Notes: generated from the letters alone by a model not told the origin. A stretch of DNA of 64,000 bases from Nanobdellati archaeon (GCA_019429005.1 JAHYJR010000003.1:79924-143923), one strand, 5' to 3'; shown: positions 40,801 through 52,092, numbered from the stretch's first letter. A program made the numbers and translations.

Positions 40801-41527
40801 ATGTCTAAAGTCTATTTACTACAAGACGGTGATATTCAACCTAGTGACGATGATGAAATATACGCACCTCTAACAATTAAACTGGTAGAATATATTATGG
40901 ATCCAGCATCAGCTAAATTTAGAAATCTCAAGATAAATATGAATCCACAATACCTATTAATTGACGCAGGTGGACCAACAGATACTGTAGAAGACCTTAA
41001 TACTTAGCTAGAAAAAGCTAAAATCACAAATCAAGATATTAATTAAGTCATAACCACGCACAACCACCCCCAATCACGTAGGACTTGCAAAATTTATAGG
41101 CGATGAAAATGGCACAACAATATATGGTCCTGATTCAACATACCACAACAGAAAAGGTTTATATTCAGAAAGAACACCTGAACATAATTTTAATTGGGAC
41201 ATAACTTTTGTTGACACATCGGGCCACGAAAGTACTAAAGACAGATCTGTAATTGTAACTAAAGATGATGGTTTTACAGCAATTGTAGGCGATTTAATGC
41301 TTAACAGACTAGAATATGACGAGCCATATAATATAAAACAATGGGAACCAGACAACAGCTCAGACATTAACAACTCAAGACTAGATATACTTATGGGTTA
41401 TCCAGACATTACTGAAATAATACCTGGCCATGGTGCACCTTTTAAAGTAAACAGAATTAAAAAAATATCAAAATTAAAAAACAAAAAAAATATTGAATTT
41501 AAGATAAAATCAAAAAAACAATCTTAA
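40801..41527 (+). pseudogene. MBL-fold metallo-hydrolase; two stops and a frameshift
   Basis: LIDAG..*(41005)..*(41044)VITTHNHP(fs)NHVG..TSGH..VGD..IPGHG. Confidence 0.85.
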
Positions 41528-41533
41528 TTTATC

Positions 41534-43471
41534 TCAATCAATCTTTTTAGTATCAATCTTATCTGTAATTTCTTTTATAAAAGCATCAACCGATACACCA
41601 TATGTAACTTTACCCAAACGTGTCCTGACTGTAACTGATTTTTTCTCAATCTCTTTATCACCAACAACTAGCATATACGGGATTTTCTGAAGCTGAGCCT
41701 CACGTATCTTATACTCAACAGTCTCAGTCCTGAAATCACTCTCAACACGAATACCTAAAGCAGATAATTTAGCAATAACTTCTTCAGCATAATCTTGATG
41801 CCTATCAGCAATTGTTATCATCTTAACTTGAACTGGCGCAATCCATGTTGGGAATGCTCCTGCATATTTCTCAATAAGCATAGCAAGCGTTCGCTCATAA
41901 CAGCCAATAGATGAACGATGTACAACCATAGGTCTTTGCTTAGAATTATCTTTAGCCACATAAGTCATATCAAATCGCTCAGGTAATGCAAAATCAATCT
42001 GTACAGTTATGATAGTATCTTCTTTACCATACACATTTTTAGCTTGAATATCTAATTTAGGGCCATAAAATGCAGCTTCACCATTGGCCTCAACATAATC
42101 AAGTTTAAGATGATCTAAAATAGTCTTCATCATCTTCTGTGATTTATCCCAAGCATCCGGATTATCAATATATTTTTTCTTATTAGCAGGATCCCATTTA
42201 GAGAACCTATACCAAATATCTTTATCAATACCCAATATTTTCATAACTGATGTTATAAAACTAAGAGCCTTCTTAAATTCATCCTCAAGCTGTTCCTGCA
42301 TACAGATGATATGACCTTCAGATAAAGTAAACTGTCTCATCCGTGTAAGACCATGCATCTCACCTGAAGACTCATTTCTAAACAAACTAGACGTTTCATA
42401 ATATCTTAAAGGCAAATCTTTGTAACTTCGTTGACTTGATTTATAAATCATAAATTGGAAAGGACATGTCATAGGCCTTAAAGCTAAAATCTCATCTTTA
42501 CCATCAATCAAAAACATATCATCTTTATAATGATCCCAATGCCCAGAGATTTTATACAAATCACTTTTTGCCATAAATGGTGTTTTTGTAACTTGATATC
42601 CTCTTTTTTCTTCTTCATCCTCAATAAATCTCTGAAGAATCTGTATAATCTTTGCACCCTTAGGCATAAGAAGCGGTAACCCTTGACCTATAGCATCATT
42701 AGTTGTAAAAAGTTCAAGCTCACGCCCAATCTTGTTATGATCCCTCTTTTCAGCCTCAGCAATCATCTCAAGATGCTCTGATAACTCACTTTTTTTAGGA
42801 AAAGACACACCATAAATCCTTGAAAGCATCTTATTCTTAGAGTCCCCCTTCCAATATGCACCAGACACTTTAGTAAGCTTAATAGCTTTCAAAACACCAC
42901 TTGATGCGACATGAGGTCCACGGCAAAGATCAATAAAATCACCAGATTTATAGAATGTAATTTCTTCACCATCAGGAATCACATTGATAAGCTCCACCTT
43001 ATACTCATTTTTATCTTTCTTGAAATGTGCCAAAGCATCCTTTTTGCTCATTACAATTCGCTCAAAAGATTCATCTTTTTTAATAATCTCTTTCATCTTA
43101 GATTCAATTTTGTAAAGGTCTTCAGGCGAAAAAGGTTTAGCTACATCAAAATCATAATAAAAACCATCTTCAATTGAAGGACCAATTGTAGGTTTTGCAT
43201 CTGGATAAAGTGTAATTACAGCCTGTGCTAAAACATGTGCAGTTGAATGCCGAAATATGTCAAGACCTTCAGGAGATTTCATTGTGATTATTGATATCTT
43301 TGTATCGCCCATAATCTTATGTGTCATATCAACAAGGGTGCCATCAATCTTTCCAGCAACAGCAGCTCTCGCAAGACCCTCACCAATCGATAATGCCACA
43401 TCTTTGACTGTTGTGCCCTTAATGACTTTAATCTTAGAATTATCCGGAAGTATTATTGTAATATTGCTCAT
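41534..43471 (-). CDS. thrS: Threonyl-tRNA synthetase, bacterial type (TGS + editing domain)
   Basis: RHSTAHVLAQA, DLCRGPH, RDH.KIG, LRPMTCP, AFYGPKLD. Confidence 0.97.
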   Translation of the reverse strand: MSNITIILPDNSKIKVIKGTTVKDVALSIGEGLARAAVAGKIDGTLVDMTHKIMGDTKISIITMKSPEGLDIFRHSTAHVLAQAVITLYPDAKPTIGPSIEDGFYYDFDVAKPFSPEDLYKIESKMKEIIKKDESFERIVMSKKDALAHFKKDKNEYKVELINVIPDGEEITFYKSGDFIDLCRGPHVASSGVLKAIKLTKVSGAYWKGDSKNKMLSRIYGVSFPKKSELSEHLEMIAEAEKRDHNKIGRELELFTTNDAIGQGLPLLMPKGAKIIQILQRFIEDEEEKRGYQVTKTPFMAKSDLYKISGHWDHYKDDMFLIDGKDEILALRPMTCPFQFMIYKSSQRSYKDLPLRYYETSSLFRNESSGEMHGLTRMRQFTLSEGHIICMQEQLEDEFKKALSFITSVMKILGIDKDIWYRFSKWDPANKKKYIDNPDAWDKSQKMMKTILDHLKLDYVEANGEAAFYGPKLDIQAKNVYGKEDTIITVQIDFALPERFDMTYVAKDNSKQRPMVVHRSSIGCYERTLAMLIEKYAGAFPTWIAPVQVKMITIADRHQDYAEEVIAKLSALGIRVESDFRTETVEYKIREAQLQKIPYMLVVGDKEIEKKSVTVRTRLGKVTYGVSVDAFIKEITDKIDTKKID

Positions 43472-43734
43472 AAAAAATCACTTTTATCTATAATTATATT
43501 TCTAATACTAATAGAACTAGTTATATTTAAATTATATATAGGATGAACTAAAGAAACCACTGATTCAAATTTACCGTACTGTAAAGCATCCACCCATAAA
43601 AACCAATTAATAGTTAGATATTTAGCTTTATAAATGTTTTTAAAATTAAATAAAAGAAAAAGATATTAAGATTCACACAAACCTATACTTTAAAAAAAAT
43701 TAAACGGTTTATTAAAAATAATCCTTAAACAAAC

Positions 43735-44595
43735 CTATTTTTTAAATTCCTTATCAAAAGAAGCATCAACACGTTTCTGATATTCATCAATGTCCTCATC
43801 AGTCAAATGCTTAAATCTCTTCTGAGCACGCAAATAATCCTTAACAGGTACACCCTTAGGCTTATGAGTTAAAGTCTTTTCACCATCAATAATCTCAAAC
43901 AAGGACCACATCTTACTTTCAACTGCAAGCTTTGCAACGTCAACAGTCTTTGATGACTCAAAATACCATCCGACAGGACACGGTGCATGGATATGAACAT
44001 ATTTAGGACCCTTGATGCTAAGTGCTTTTCTAATTTTCATTTTTAAATCAGCCGGAAATGCAATTGATGCAGTTGCAACATAAGGCAGATTATGGGCAAC
44101 AGCAATAGCAGGCACATCTTTTTTCCATTGAATCTTACCTTTACTTACTAAACCCGATGGTGTTGTAGTAGTTGACGCACGCCATGGAGTTGAACCAGAT
44201 CTCTGTATACCTGTATTCATATATGCCTCATTATCATAACAAATTACAAGAACATCTTGACCACGCTCCCAAAGACCGCTTACAGCCTGAAAACCAATAT
44301 CAAGCATACCACCATCACCGCCTAAAGCAATAACAGCCGTTTTATCATTACCTTGAGCAATAAGTGCTTCCTTAACACCAGATGCAACAGCTGCCGCATT
44401 TTCAAATGTTACATGTATCCATGGAACTTTCCAAGATGTCATAGGATACTGACTTGTTGTAACTTCAATACACCCTGTAGCATTACATATAACAATATCT
44501 TCACCTGTAGCTTCAAGAAGAGTCCTTATAGCAATCGCTGGACCGCATCCAGCACAAGTGCTATATCCCGGTGCAAGTAAACTTTTATCATCCAT
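43735..44595 (-). CDS. porB: Pyruvate/2-oxoacid:ferredoxin oxidoreductase beta subunit
   Basis: CAGCG, ATGC.EV, GGDGG..DIG, YDNEAYMNTGIQRS, PCP.GW. Confidence 0.93.
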   Translation of the reverse strand: MDDKSLLAPGYSTCAGCGPAIAIRTLLEATGEDIVICNATGCIEVTTSQYPMTSWKVPWIHVTFENAAAVASGVKEALIAQGNDKTAVIALGGDGGMLDIGFQAVSGLWERGQDVLVICYDNEAYMNTGIQRSGSTPWRASTTTTPSGLVSKGKIQWKKDVPAIAVAHNLPYVATASIAFPADLKMKIRKALSIKGPKYVHIHAPCPVGWYFESSKTVDVAKLAVESKMWSLFEIIDGEKTLTHKPKGVPVKDYLRAQKRFKHLTDEDIDEYQKRVDASFDKEFKK

Positions 44596-44610
44596 AAATA
44601 TCACAAATTT

Positions 44611-45750
44611 TTAACTTAACCACACAATCTTCCCATTATCCATAGTATCTGCAGATTCAATTATCTTTTCAATGTCATCAGTTTTCACATCAACACCGCC
44701 AATACCACAAACAACACCAATTATTTTCGGTTTTTTATCCAATGAATAAAGAGCACTTCTAATCTCTTCAAAAAGAGATCCACCAGAAGTTCCAAGAGAT
44801 ATATCTTTTTCAAAAATTATTACAGTTTCTTTATCTTTAAGTGCATCTATAATGTCACATTTAGGAAACGGTCTAAATGACACAATCCTAAGAAGCCCGC
44901 AATCATCCCGTTTGTTAACAACATAACGCAAATTTCCTGCAAGAGAACCCATTGTAATTATAGATATTTTCCTATCATTTTTATAAGTATCAATAAGACC
45001 ATTACCAGATGACCTCTTGAACTTTTTTGAAAACTCCTCATTCACTTCACGTATAACAATATTAGATTTATCAATCGTTTTACTAAGCTCATGACGAAGT
45101 GTATTATATGGCTTAGGATATGCAAATGTCCCTTGAGACATTGGCCTTTTAGAATCTAAATAAGCATGCGTAGGTTTATATTTTGGAATAAAATTACCGA
45201 TACTTTTAGGGATATCAACAGGTTCCATTGTATGTGATAAGAAAAATCCATCCATACATACCATAATCGGTAACAAAACACGTTTGTCTTCAGCAATCCT
45301 AAACGCTTTAATTGTAAGATCAACAGCTTCCTGATTAGTCTCAGCATAAAGCTGTATCCAACCAGTATCTCTTTCAGATACAGAATCTTGATAATCATTC
45401 CAAATATTAATAGGTGCAGATAACGCACGGTTTACAACATTCATAACAATAGGAAGTCTCATACCAGCTGCAGCAAATAAAACCTCATGCATAAGAGCTA
45501 AACCTTGAGATGATGTTGCAGTATAAGATCTTGATCCTGCCGCACTTGAACCAATAACAGCAGAAAGTGCAGAAAACTCCGATTCAACCTCAATATGCTG
45601 ACACTTCAATTTGCCATCTGCGATAAGTGTTGCAATCTCTTGAGCAATATGTGTCTGCGGTGTTATAGGATAAAATGCAATTACATCAGGATTGCACAAC
45701 CTAACAGATTCGGCAACAGCCATACTTCCTTCAAGAACATTAAGTGTCAT
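44611..45750 (-). CDS. porA: Pyruvate/2-oxoacid:ferredoxin oxidoreductase alpha subunit
   Basis: YPITPQT, ESEFSA, TATSSQGL..MHE, NRALSAP. Confidence 0.93.
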   Translation of the reverse strand: MTLNVLEGSMAVAESVRLCNPDVIAFYPITPQTHIAQEIATLIADGKLKCQHIEVESEFSALSAVIGSSAAGSRSYTATSSQGLALMHEVLFAAAGMRLPIVMNVVNRALSAPINIWNDYQDSVSERDTGWIQLYAETNQEAVDLTIKAFRIAEDKRVLLPIMVCMDGFFLSHTMEPVDIPKSIGNFIPKYKPTHAYLDSKRPMSQGTFAYPKPYNTLRHELSKTIDKSNIVIREVNEEFSKKFKRSSGNGLIDTYKNDRKISIITMGSLAGNLRYVVNKRDDCGLLRIVSFRPFPKCDIIDALKDKETVIIFEKDISLGTSGGSLFEEIRSALYSLDKKPKIIGVVCGIGGVDVKTDDIEKIIESADTMDNGKIVWLS

Positions 45751-46019
45751 TTGTCTTCCCTCTTACTTGTTATAGACTTAAAAGGACACACATTTTCACA
45801 AATAAGGCATCCTTTACAATAATCATAATCAATAATACATTTTTTATTTTCAATAACAATACAACCATCTGGACAAAACTGCTTACAAATACCACAACCA
45901 GTACATATATCCATGTTGACAGTGGGTATCTCAGTTCGCCATGAACCTGTTTTTTTCATTTTAGTGTTTCCAACATCTGTTACAATACCAGCAATATTAA
46001 CTTTTTCATCTTCTGCCAT
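45747..46019 (-). CDS. porD: Oxidoreductase delta subunit (2x[4Fe-4S])
   Basis: TGSWR..P, CTGCGICKQFCP, YCKGCLICENVCP; AGGTGA SD. Confidence 0.92.
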   Translation of the reverse strand: MAEDEKVNIAGIVTDVGNTKMKKTGSWRTEIPTVNMDICTGCGICKQFCPDGCIVIENKKCIIDYDYCKGCLICENVCPFKSITSKREDK

Positions 46020-46023
46020 GACA

Positions 46024-46554
46024 TCACCTACACTCCTTATATGCACGCTTCACAGCTTCAACATTTTTATCAGCAATATCGCCTTTAAAATGTTCTTTAA
46101 TAGCAGCGATAAGAGACTTAAATGTAACTTGACCTGTTGCTTTCACAAAAGCACCCAATATCGGTGTATTTACAAGATTTTTTCCAAAAATATCAAAAGC
46201 AATCTTTGTCGCATCAACCCTAAAGACTTTAGCATCAGACTTAAAATCAACTGAAACGTCTGAATTAACAATAATAACACCACCTTCTTTAAGTCCTGCT
46301 AGAACATCAACTACACCTATAAGTGTTTTATCTAAAATCATAACATAATCAGGAGTATATACTTGTTGACGTACAAGAATAAATGAATCATCAATTCGAC
46401 AATACGCTTCAACGGGACTACCACGTCTATCTACACCAAAAAACGGAAAAGCTTGACAAGATTTACCATCTTTAAATGCAGCACTTGCAAGAAGTTTTGC
46501 TGATGTAACGGCACCCATTCCACCCCTTCCATGAATACGTATTTCTTTAATTAT
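46024..46554 (-). CDS. porG: Oxidoreductase gamma subunit with apparent non-canonical start
   Basis: Conserved KEIRIHGRGG lies upstream of the track ATG; only ATA/ATT codons available before in-frame TAA; AGGTG SD at 46559-46563. Confidence 0.9.
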   Translation of the reverse strand: MIKEIRIHGRGGMGAVTSAKLLASAAFKDGKSCQAFPFFGVDRRGSPVEAYCRIDDSFILVRQQVYTPDYVMILDKTLIGVVDVLAGLKEGGVIIVNSDVSVDFKSDAKVFRVDATKIAFDIFGKNLVNTPILGAFVKATGQVTFKSLIAAIKEHFKGDIADKNVEAVKRAYKECR

Positions 46555-46687
46555 TATGCACCTTTAACTAATTGAATATTTTAAGTAAAACATAATTATA
46601 CGCCATCCCTATTTATTAGTTACGGTCAAATCGAAATTAAAACAAAAAGCAGAATAATAACTCAATATAATAAATCAATATATTAAC

Positions 46688-47491
46688 TCAATAAAATAAT
46701 TGTACAAATTTTAACATAACATCAAAACCAAAAAAGGACAAAAGTATAATCATAGCTAAAACCTCTAAATAAGACCATTTCTTTGTACCTTTAATTAAAT
46801 CAGTTACAGTAAGGCATATCCACAGCAAAAAGACATAACCGCTCATAAGCGAAAAAAGTGAAAAACTAGAATGTGACCAAGCACCTAAAATCTCACCTGC
46901 AATTTCATCAAAAACTGTAAAAAGTCCGACAAAAAATGCAAGACGCATCATATTCGCAGTTTTAAATATCAAAAATGCAAACGCAAACTCAAATAATATC
47001 AAAAAAGGTTTCAAAGCCAAATCCAAAAAGAAATAATCAATTATAAACATAGCAAAAATAAAAAATAAAATGAAATAATTTACATATGAAAACCATTTAT
47101 GTTCCGAATATTTTTGTTCAAAAACTTTCCACAAATTATAAGATGCCCAAAATATAGCACCATAACCAGGAATAACCCAAAGAGGAACACCGCCTATAAC
47201 ACCATTAAGATATGTAAAATAGCCAATCTTAACACCAATCAATTCATGCACAAAACCTATAACAGATGCAAGAACTAAAAAGACTTTACCACGAAGATCA
47301 CTTTCTTTCCAGAAAAACAACCAAAGAATAAAAAGCACAAAAGCTGATGTGAACTCATCACCAGTCTGTGTATAAAATATCAAAGTGCCAACTATTGATA
47401 TGACCATGAACAAGAAAAAATCCCACGCATTATTAAGTAAAATCTTTTTATCCTTATCAAAAGCCGCTTTTAATGACTGGAAATTGAACAT
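46688..47491 (-). CDS. Multi-pass membrane protein with internal duplication
   Basis: E.IG..G...Y and EILGAWSH half-repeats, VPLW..GYG. Confidence 0.7.
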   Translation of the reverse strand: MFNFQSLKAAFDKDKKILLNNAWDFFLFMVISIVGTLIFYTQTGDEFTSAFVLFILWLFFWKESDLRGKVFLVLASVIGFVHELIGVKIGYFTYLNGVIGGVPLWVIPGYGAIFWASYNLWKVFEQKYSEHKWFSYVNYFILFFIFAMFIIDYFFLDLALKPFLILFEFAFAFLIFKTANMMRLAFFVGLFTVFDEIAGEILGAWSHSSFSLFSLMSGYVFLLWICLTVTDLIKGTKKWSYLEVLAMIILLSFFGFDVMLKFVQLFY

Positions 47492-47636
47492 AAGTATATA
47501 ATCGCAAGTAAGATTTATAAACTTTGAATAAACTAGTGAAAATCAAAAAACAGATAAAAATTGACTATTATTTGAGTATAACAAATGACAAAAACGTTAA
47601 TAAAAAACAAAAACGAATATCTTATTAGTGATAAAT

Positions 47637-47843
47637 ATGCCAACCTATTCAACTCAACCAAATAAAGAAGAATATTGTGGATTATCTATTAAAACAAATG
47701 AAGCAGGTAAAGAATTTAACATATACGGTGGTGGCATTGTAGGTGATATAAATTTTAATATAGCTGAAAAAATAAAACCAACTAATATAAATGATAAAAT
47801 TCAAGAAACTAAAGACATAATTCATAAGATTTTAACAAAATAA
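47637..47843 (+). CDS. Small hypothetical protein, paralog of 47997..48203
   Basis: AGTGA SD; FNIYGGG..GDINF..KIQETK. Confidence 0.65.
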   Translation: MPTYSTQPNKEEYCGLSIKTNEAGKEFNIYGGGIVGDINFNIAEKIKPTNINDKIQETKDIIHKILTK

Positions 47844-47996
47844 AAATCTAACCAATTTAAACCCCACACAATTTTATAACAAATACAAAAAGTTCTATTA
47901 AAATAAAAAAGCTAATTATCAAAATAACAAATCTTACATTAATAATAAAAACAAACAATTAATAAAATCCGAAAACTAATATTTATTAGTGATAAT

Positions 47997-48203
47997 ATGA
48001 CAAAACTTATAACGCCTTCAGATAATAATCCAAATGGTAGGATTCAAACTAAATTAGATTAATATGGACGTGGATATAATGTATACCGTGGCGGATTCAA
48101 AGGCAATATTAATTTTGAACTAGATATCCAAAACAAAAGTATCATTAACGAACAAAAGATTCAAGATACAAAAAACAAGATCATTGAATTAATAAAAAAA
48201 TAA
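47997..48203 (+). pseudogene. Tandem paralog of 47637..47843 with internal TAA
   Basis: TKLD*YGRGYNVYRGGFKGNINF..KIQDTK; TAA at 48060-48062; same upstream ttattagtgataa. Confidence 0.65.
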
Positions 48204-48335
48204 AACTAAAATCAAATTAGATGCCACCACAAGCATAACAACCACAACGATTTCTCTTTAAAACATCCAAACCAGATACAAAACATTTTAACATATAACA
48301 AAACCTATAAATTAATTTCGCGATAAATACAGATT

Positions 48336-49370
48336 ATGGGAATCAAAATTGGAAAAATCATACCCAAAAAAGAAATCACACTTCAAGAACTAAAGGGTAA
48401 AACAGTTGCAATTGATGCATTTAACATAATATACCAATTCTTAACAACAATAAAAGATTGGGAAACTGGCGAACCGTTCAAAAACAGTAAAGGTAATGTG
48501 ACATCACACATATCTGGACTTTTCTATAGAAGCATAAATCTTATGAATGAAGGTATAAATCTCGTTTATGTGTTTGACGGCAAGAAACCAGATTTCAAAT
48601 CAAAAACAACTGAAATGAGAAAAGAAACAAAAATAGCTGCAAAAGAAAAACTAAATATTGCGCTTAAAGAAAATGATAAAGAAGGCATAAAAAGATATGC
48701 TCAAGCAACATCCTATATCACAAGTGAAATGATTAAAGATGCAAAAGAACTTCTTGACGCAATGGGAATCCCTTATGTTCAGGCACCAAGCGAAGGTGAA
48801 GCACAAGCATCTGTAATGACTAGAAACGGTACTGTCTATGCTACAGTCAGCCAAGATATAGACACAATGCTTTTCGGTTGCCCTAGACTAATTAGAAATC
48901 TGTCAACAACACAAAAGAAAAAAGTTCCAGGCAGAAATATCTGGATTAAAACATCGCCTGAAATCATAACACTTGCAGATGTACTAAACGAACTTGAACT
49001 AACACAAGATCAAATAATTGTACTTGGCATTTTGGTTGGAACCGATTTCAATCCAGGCGGTATCCTTGGCCTTGGACCTAAAAAAGCATTAAAACTAGTA
49101 AAAGAGAAAAAGACACTTGAAGCCACAATAAACTCAGTAGAATGGAACACAGAGGTAAACGCTAAAGACATATTTGATTTCTTTAAATCACCACCAGTAA
49201 CAGATGATTATTCGTTAGAACAACGAAAACCAGACATAGATAAAATCCATAAACTCCTTATAGGTAAACATGAATTCGCAATAGAGCGCGTTGATAACTC
49301 ACTTAAAAAATTAGAAAACATCAAAAAGAAAAAACAACAAAGCAGTCTTTTTCAATGGAAACAAAAATAA
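48336..49370 (+). CDS. fen: Flap endonuclease 1
   Basis: AIDAFN..YQFL, TSHISGLFYR, APSEGEAQ, SQD.D..LFG, GTDFN, PIP box QSSLFQW. Confidence 0.97.
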   Translation: MGIKIGKIIPKKEITLQELKGKTVAIDAFNIIYQFLTTIKDWETGEPFKNSKGNVTSHISGLFYRSINLMNEGINLVYVFDGKKPDFKSKTTEMRKETKIAAKEKLNIALKENDKEGIKRYAQATSYITSEMIKDAKELLDAMGIPYVQAPSEGEAQASVMTRNGTVYATVSQDIDTMLFGCPRLIRNLSTTQKKKVPGRNIWIKTSPEIITLADVLNELELTQDQIIVLGILVGTDFNPGGILGLGPKKALKLVKEKKTLEATINSVEWNTEVNAKDIFDFFKSPPVTDDYSLEQRKPDIDKIHKLLIGKHEFAIERVDNSLKKLENIKKKKQQSSLFQWKQK

Positions 49371-49373
49371 ATA

Positions 49374-50006
49374 TTATTTAAATCCTGATTTGCCTTTCAT
49401 ACTTACAAACCGACAGACCCCATAATTTGTTTTTTCGATTGCATTACCACGTTTTGTACCAACAATAAGTTCCTGCATAAGTACTGTACCGATAGGTATC
49501 ACAATAAGCCCATTCTCTTTAAGCTGACTACTAAGTTCTTCTGGAATCTTGGGAGCTGCACAAGTTACAATAATCTTATCATATGGAGCATATTCTTTAA
49601 GCCCAATACTTCCATCACCCTTCACAATATCTACATTTTTATATTCCTTAAGATACTTTTTAGATAAATCATAAAGACCATCAACAATCTCAACAGTATG
49701 AATTTTTCCAGAATCTGATACAAGCTTAGACATTATAGCAGCATTCCAACCAGACCCCGTACCAATCTCAAGAACGTTATCACCCTCTTTAAGATCAAGT
49801 AATTCTATCATGATAGCAACCATATGTGGCGCACTCATAGTCTGATCAAAACCAATCGGAATAGGTTCATCAACATACGCATAAGGCTTACCTTCTTTAA
49901 GCAAGAAATCAATCCGAGGCACACTATAAAACGCACTAATAATTTTTTCAGTCTTGAGATGACCCTCACTTATAAGACGACTTATAAGGTGCGAATATTC
50001 ATTCAT
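49374..50006 (-). CDS. pcm: Protein-L-isoaspartate O-methyltransferase
   Basis: AY.D.PIPIG.QTMSAPHM, LEIGTGSGW.AA, GDGS.G..APYD. Confidence 0.95.
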   Translation of the reverse strand: MNEYSHLISRLISEGHLKTEKIISAFYSVPRIDFLLKEGKPYAYVDEPIPIGFDQTMSAPHMVAIMIELLDLKEGDNVLEIGTGSGWNAAIMSKLVSDSGKIHTVEIVDGLYDLSKKYLKEYKNVDIVKGDGSIGLKEYAPYDKIIVTCAAPKIPEELSSQLKENGLIVIPIGTVLMQELIVGTKRGNAIEKTNYGVCRFVSMKGKSGFK

Positions 50007-50180
50007 ATATTTTATTTGTCTAGAAAACTAAAAAATGTGTTGGATTGTTTTATTATGTCACCAATAAAATCACAAAAACAAACTATACTATACCCAAACC
50101 CGCACAAAGATTACAACCCAACAACAACTTTCTACCCCAAAAAAAGAAAATTTAATATACATTAGAAACTAAACTAAAAT

Positions 50181-51128
50181 ATGGCAATTTTTAGATGGAT
50201 CTACAACCGATTTAATACGGATAAAAAACAGAACCTAAAAGATATAAAAGATCATAATGAGACCCATAAGAAGCATCATGAAGACCTTGTTAATGTTATA
50301 TCACAAGGTTTTTCAATACACAAGAACAAAATTGATTCAATACATAATCGTATGAATGACCTTGAAAATAGACCACATCACGTTGTGACTGAAAAAATTC
50401 TACAACCTCAATACATAAAAGTCCAGGACTCTGAACAGCTAATTGAGCTTGAAAACATGATAAGAAATGAAATACTGAAAATTAATTCTAATATAAGTGA
50501 CATGGCAAAAAATATCAATATATTAAATCAAGAAAAAAATACAACTGAACTTTCAAAAGAAGTACATCACCTATACAAAAAGATAGATAATATTGAAAAC
50601 AGGTTACAGACAATCATACCAAACGAGAAAATAGATAATATAACACATGAACTTAATCAAATTAAAACAGATTTCAATCAAATTACAAAAGATATAAATG
50701 AAAAGATTGATGTCAAACTCAAAAAAATTGAAGATAACCAAAAAAAAATAAATGATTTTAAATATGAAACAAACCACATCGTCAATATACAACCGATTAA
50801 CGATAATCTATATGAAATAACAGAAGATAGTCTTACAGATGCACAAAAAAAAGCTCTTATAATAATAATTGCATTGTCAGGTGAATCAAAAACAAACAAA
50901 GCTGCAAACGAAGATATAATAAAAGAAATGTATCCGCAACATAAAGTTGAAGATAGAAGATCAACTGTCGCAAATTATATCAGAGAACTTGAAAAGATAG
51001 GACTTATAAGCCGTGAAAAAAAAGGTAGGAACACATTTATTTCTGCAACAGATAAAGCACATGAACTTATAGATAACCATAAAAATAAGACACTATTGCG
51101 TAAGAAAAAAATGATTAAACAAGAATAA
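50181..51128 (+). CDS. Coiled-coil protein with C-terminal winged helix
   Basis: Heptad-rich body; LTDAQK...RSTVANYIRELEKIGLISREKKGR. Confidence 0.7.
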   Translation: MAIFRWIYNRFNTDKKQNLKDIKDHNETHKKHHEDLVNVISQGFSIHKNKIDSIHNRMNDLENRPHHVVTEKILQPQYIKVQDSEQLIELENMIRNEILKINSNISDMAKNINILNQEKNTTELSKEVHHLYKKIDNIENRLQTIIPNEKIDNITHELNQIKTDFNQITKDINEKIDVKLKKIEDNQKKINDFKYETNHIVNIQPINDNLYEITEDSLTDAQKKALIIIIALSGESKTNKAANEDIIKEMYPQHKVEDRRSTVANYIRELEKIGLISREKKGRNTFISATDKAHELIDNHKNKTLLRKKKMIKQE

Positions 51129-51155
51129 TCATAAATTTAAATACGCAAAAACCAA

Positions 51156-52088
51156 ATGATGTGGATACCAATGGAAACCATTAATAAACAGATACAACAG
51201 ATAATGCAAGATATCAAAAATCTTAAGGTTCAAGGTGCTAGTGAAGTTGCAAAAGCAGGAATCCACTGTATAAAAATTATAATTAAAAATAATCCAAAAC
51301 TATCAAAAAAAGAACTATTACAAACTATACAAAAAAATACAAAAGACTTGATTAGATTAAGACCAACGGAACCAGCACTTCAAAATAGCTTAAAACAATT
51401 AATTAGGGAATTTAACAAAACCAATCTTGAAGGCCAAAAACTCAATAAACATATGATTATATTTTGTGATAATTATATAGATAACATAAAAGATATTGTA
51501 ATAAAAATCGCAAAAAGTGGTTCTGAAATCATCAAAGATAATGATATAATTATGACACATTGTCACAGTCATACGGTTGTCGCCATACTTAAAGAAGCAA
51601 AAAAACAAGGTAAAAAGTTCAATGTAATTGTAACCGAAACAAGACCGCGACTTCAAGGAAAAATAACGGCCAACGAACTTTCAAAAGTAAATATCCCTGT
51701 AACTTATATCGTTGATTCAGCAGCCGCCCTATTTATGAAAGATACAACAAAGGTACTTGTAGGTGCAGATGCAATAAGTCTGGATGGTAGTGTCACAAAC
51801 AAGATAGGAACATATTTAATTGCTCTTGCTGCAAAAGACTTTAATGTGCCTGTATTTGTAGCATGTGCAAGCCATAAATTTGATTCCAGAACAATTCTCG
51901 GTTTTGATGTACCTATTGAAGAGCGAGACACAGATGAGATTATCACCAAAAAAGAACTTAATTACAAGACATTAAAAATTATAAATCCTGCATTTGATAC
52001 CACCCCCAAAAAATACATAAAACAAATAATAACTGAAAAAGGTATCTTAACACCTTCAAACATAAATAAATTATCTAAATTAATGTGA
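51156..52088 (+). CDS. Ribose-1,5-bisphosphate isomerase (eIF2B-related)
   Basis: VQGA..VA, RPTEPAL, MTHCHS, ETRP..QG, VGADAI, NKIGT, NPAFDTTP. Confidence 0.9.
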   Translation: MMWIPMETINKQIQQIMQDIKNLKVQGASEVAKAGIHCIKIIIKNNPKLSKKELLQTIQKNTKDLIRLRPTEPALQNSLKQLIREFNKTNLEGQKLNKHMIIFCDNYIDNIKDIVIKIAKSGSEIIKDNDIIMTHCHSHTVVAILKEAKKQGKKFNVIVTETRPRLQGKITANELSKVNIPVTYIVDSAAALFMKDTTKVLVGADAISLDGSVTNKIGTYLIALAAKDFNVPVFVACASHKFDSRTILGFDVPIEERDTDEIITKKELNYKTLKIINPAFDTTPKKYIKQIITEKGILTPSNINKLSKLM

Positions 52089-52092
52089 TAAT

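Noticed and set aside
43541-43595. C/D box sRNA or hammerhead ribozyme on + strand
   Set aside because: Only a degenerate C box and one CTGA; no terminal D box or CUGANGA core
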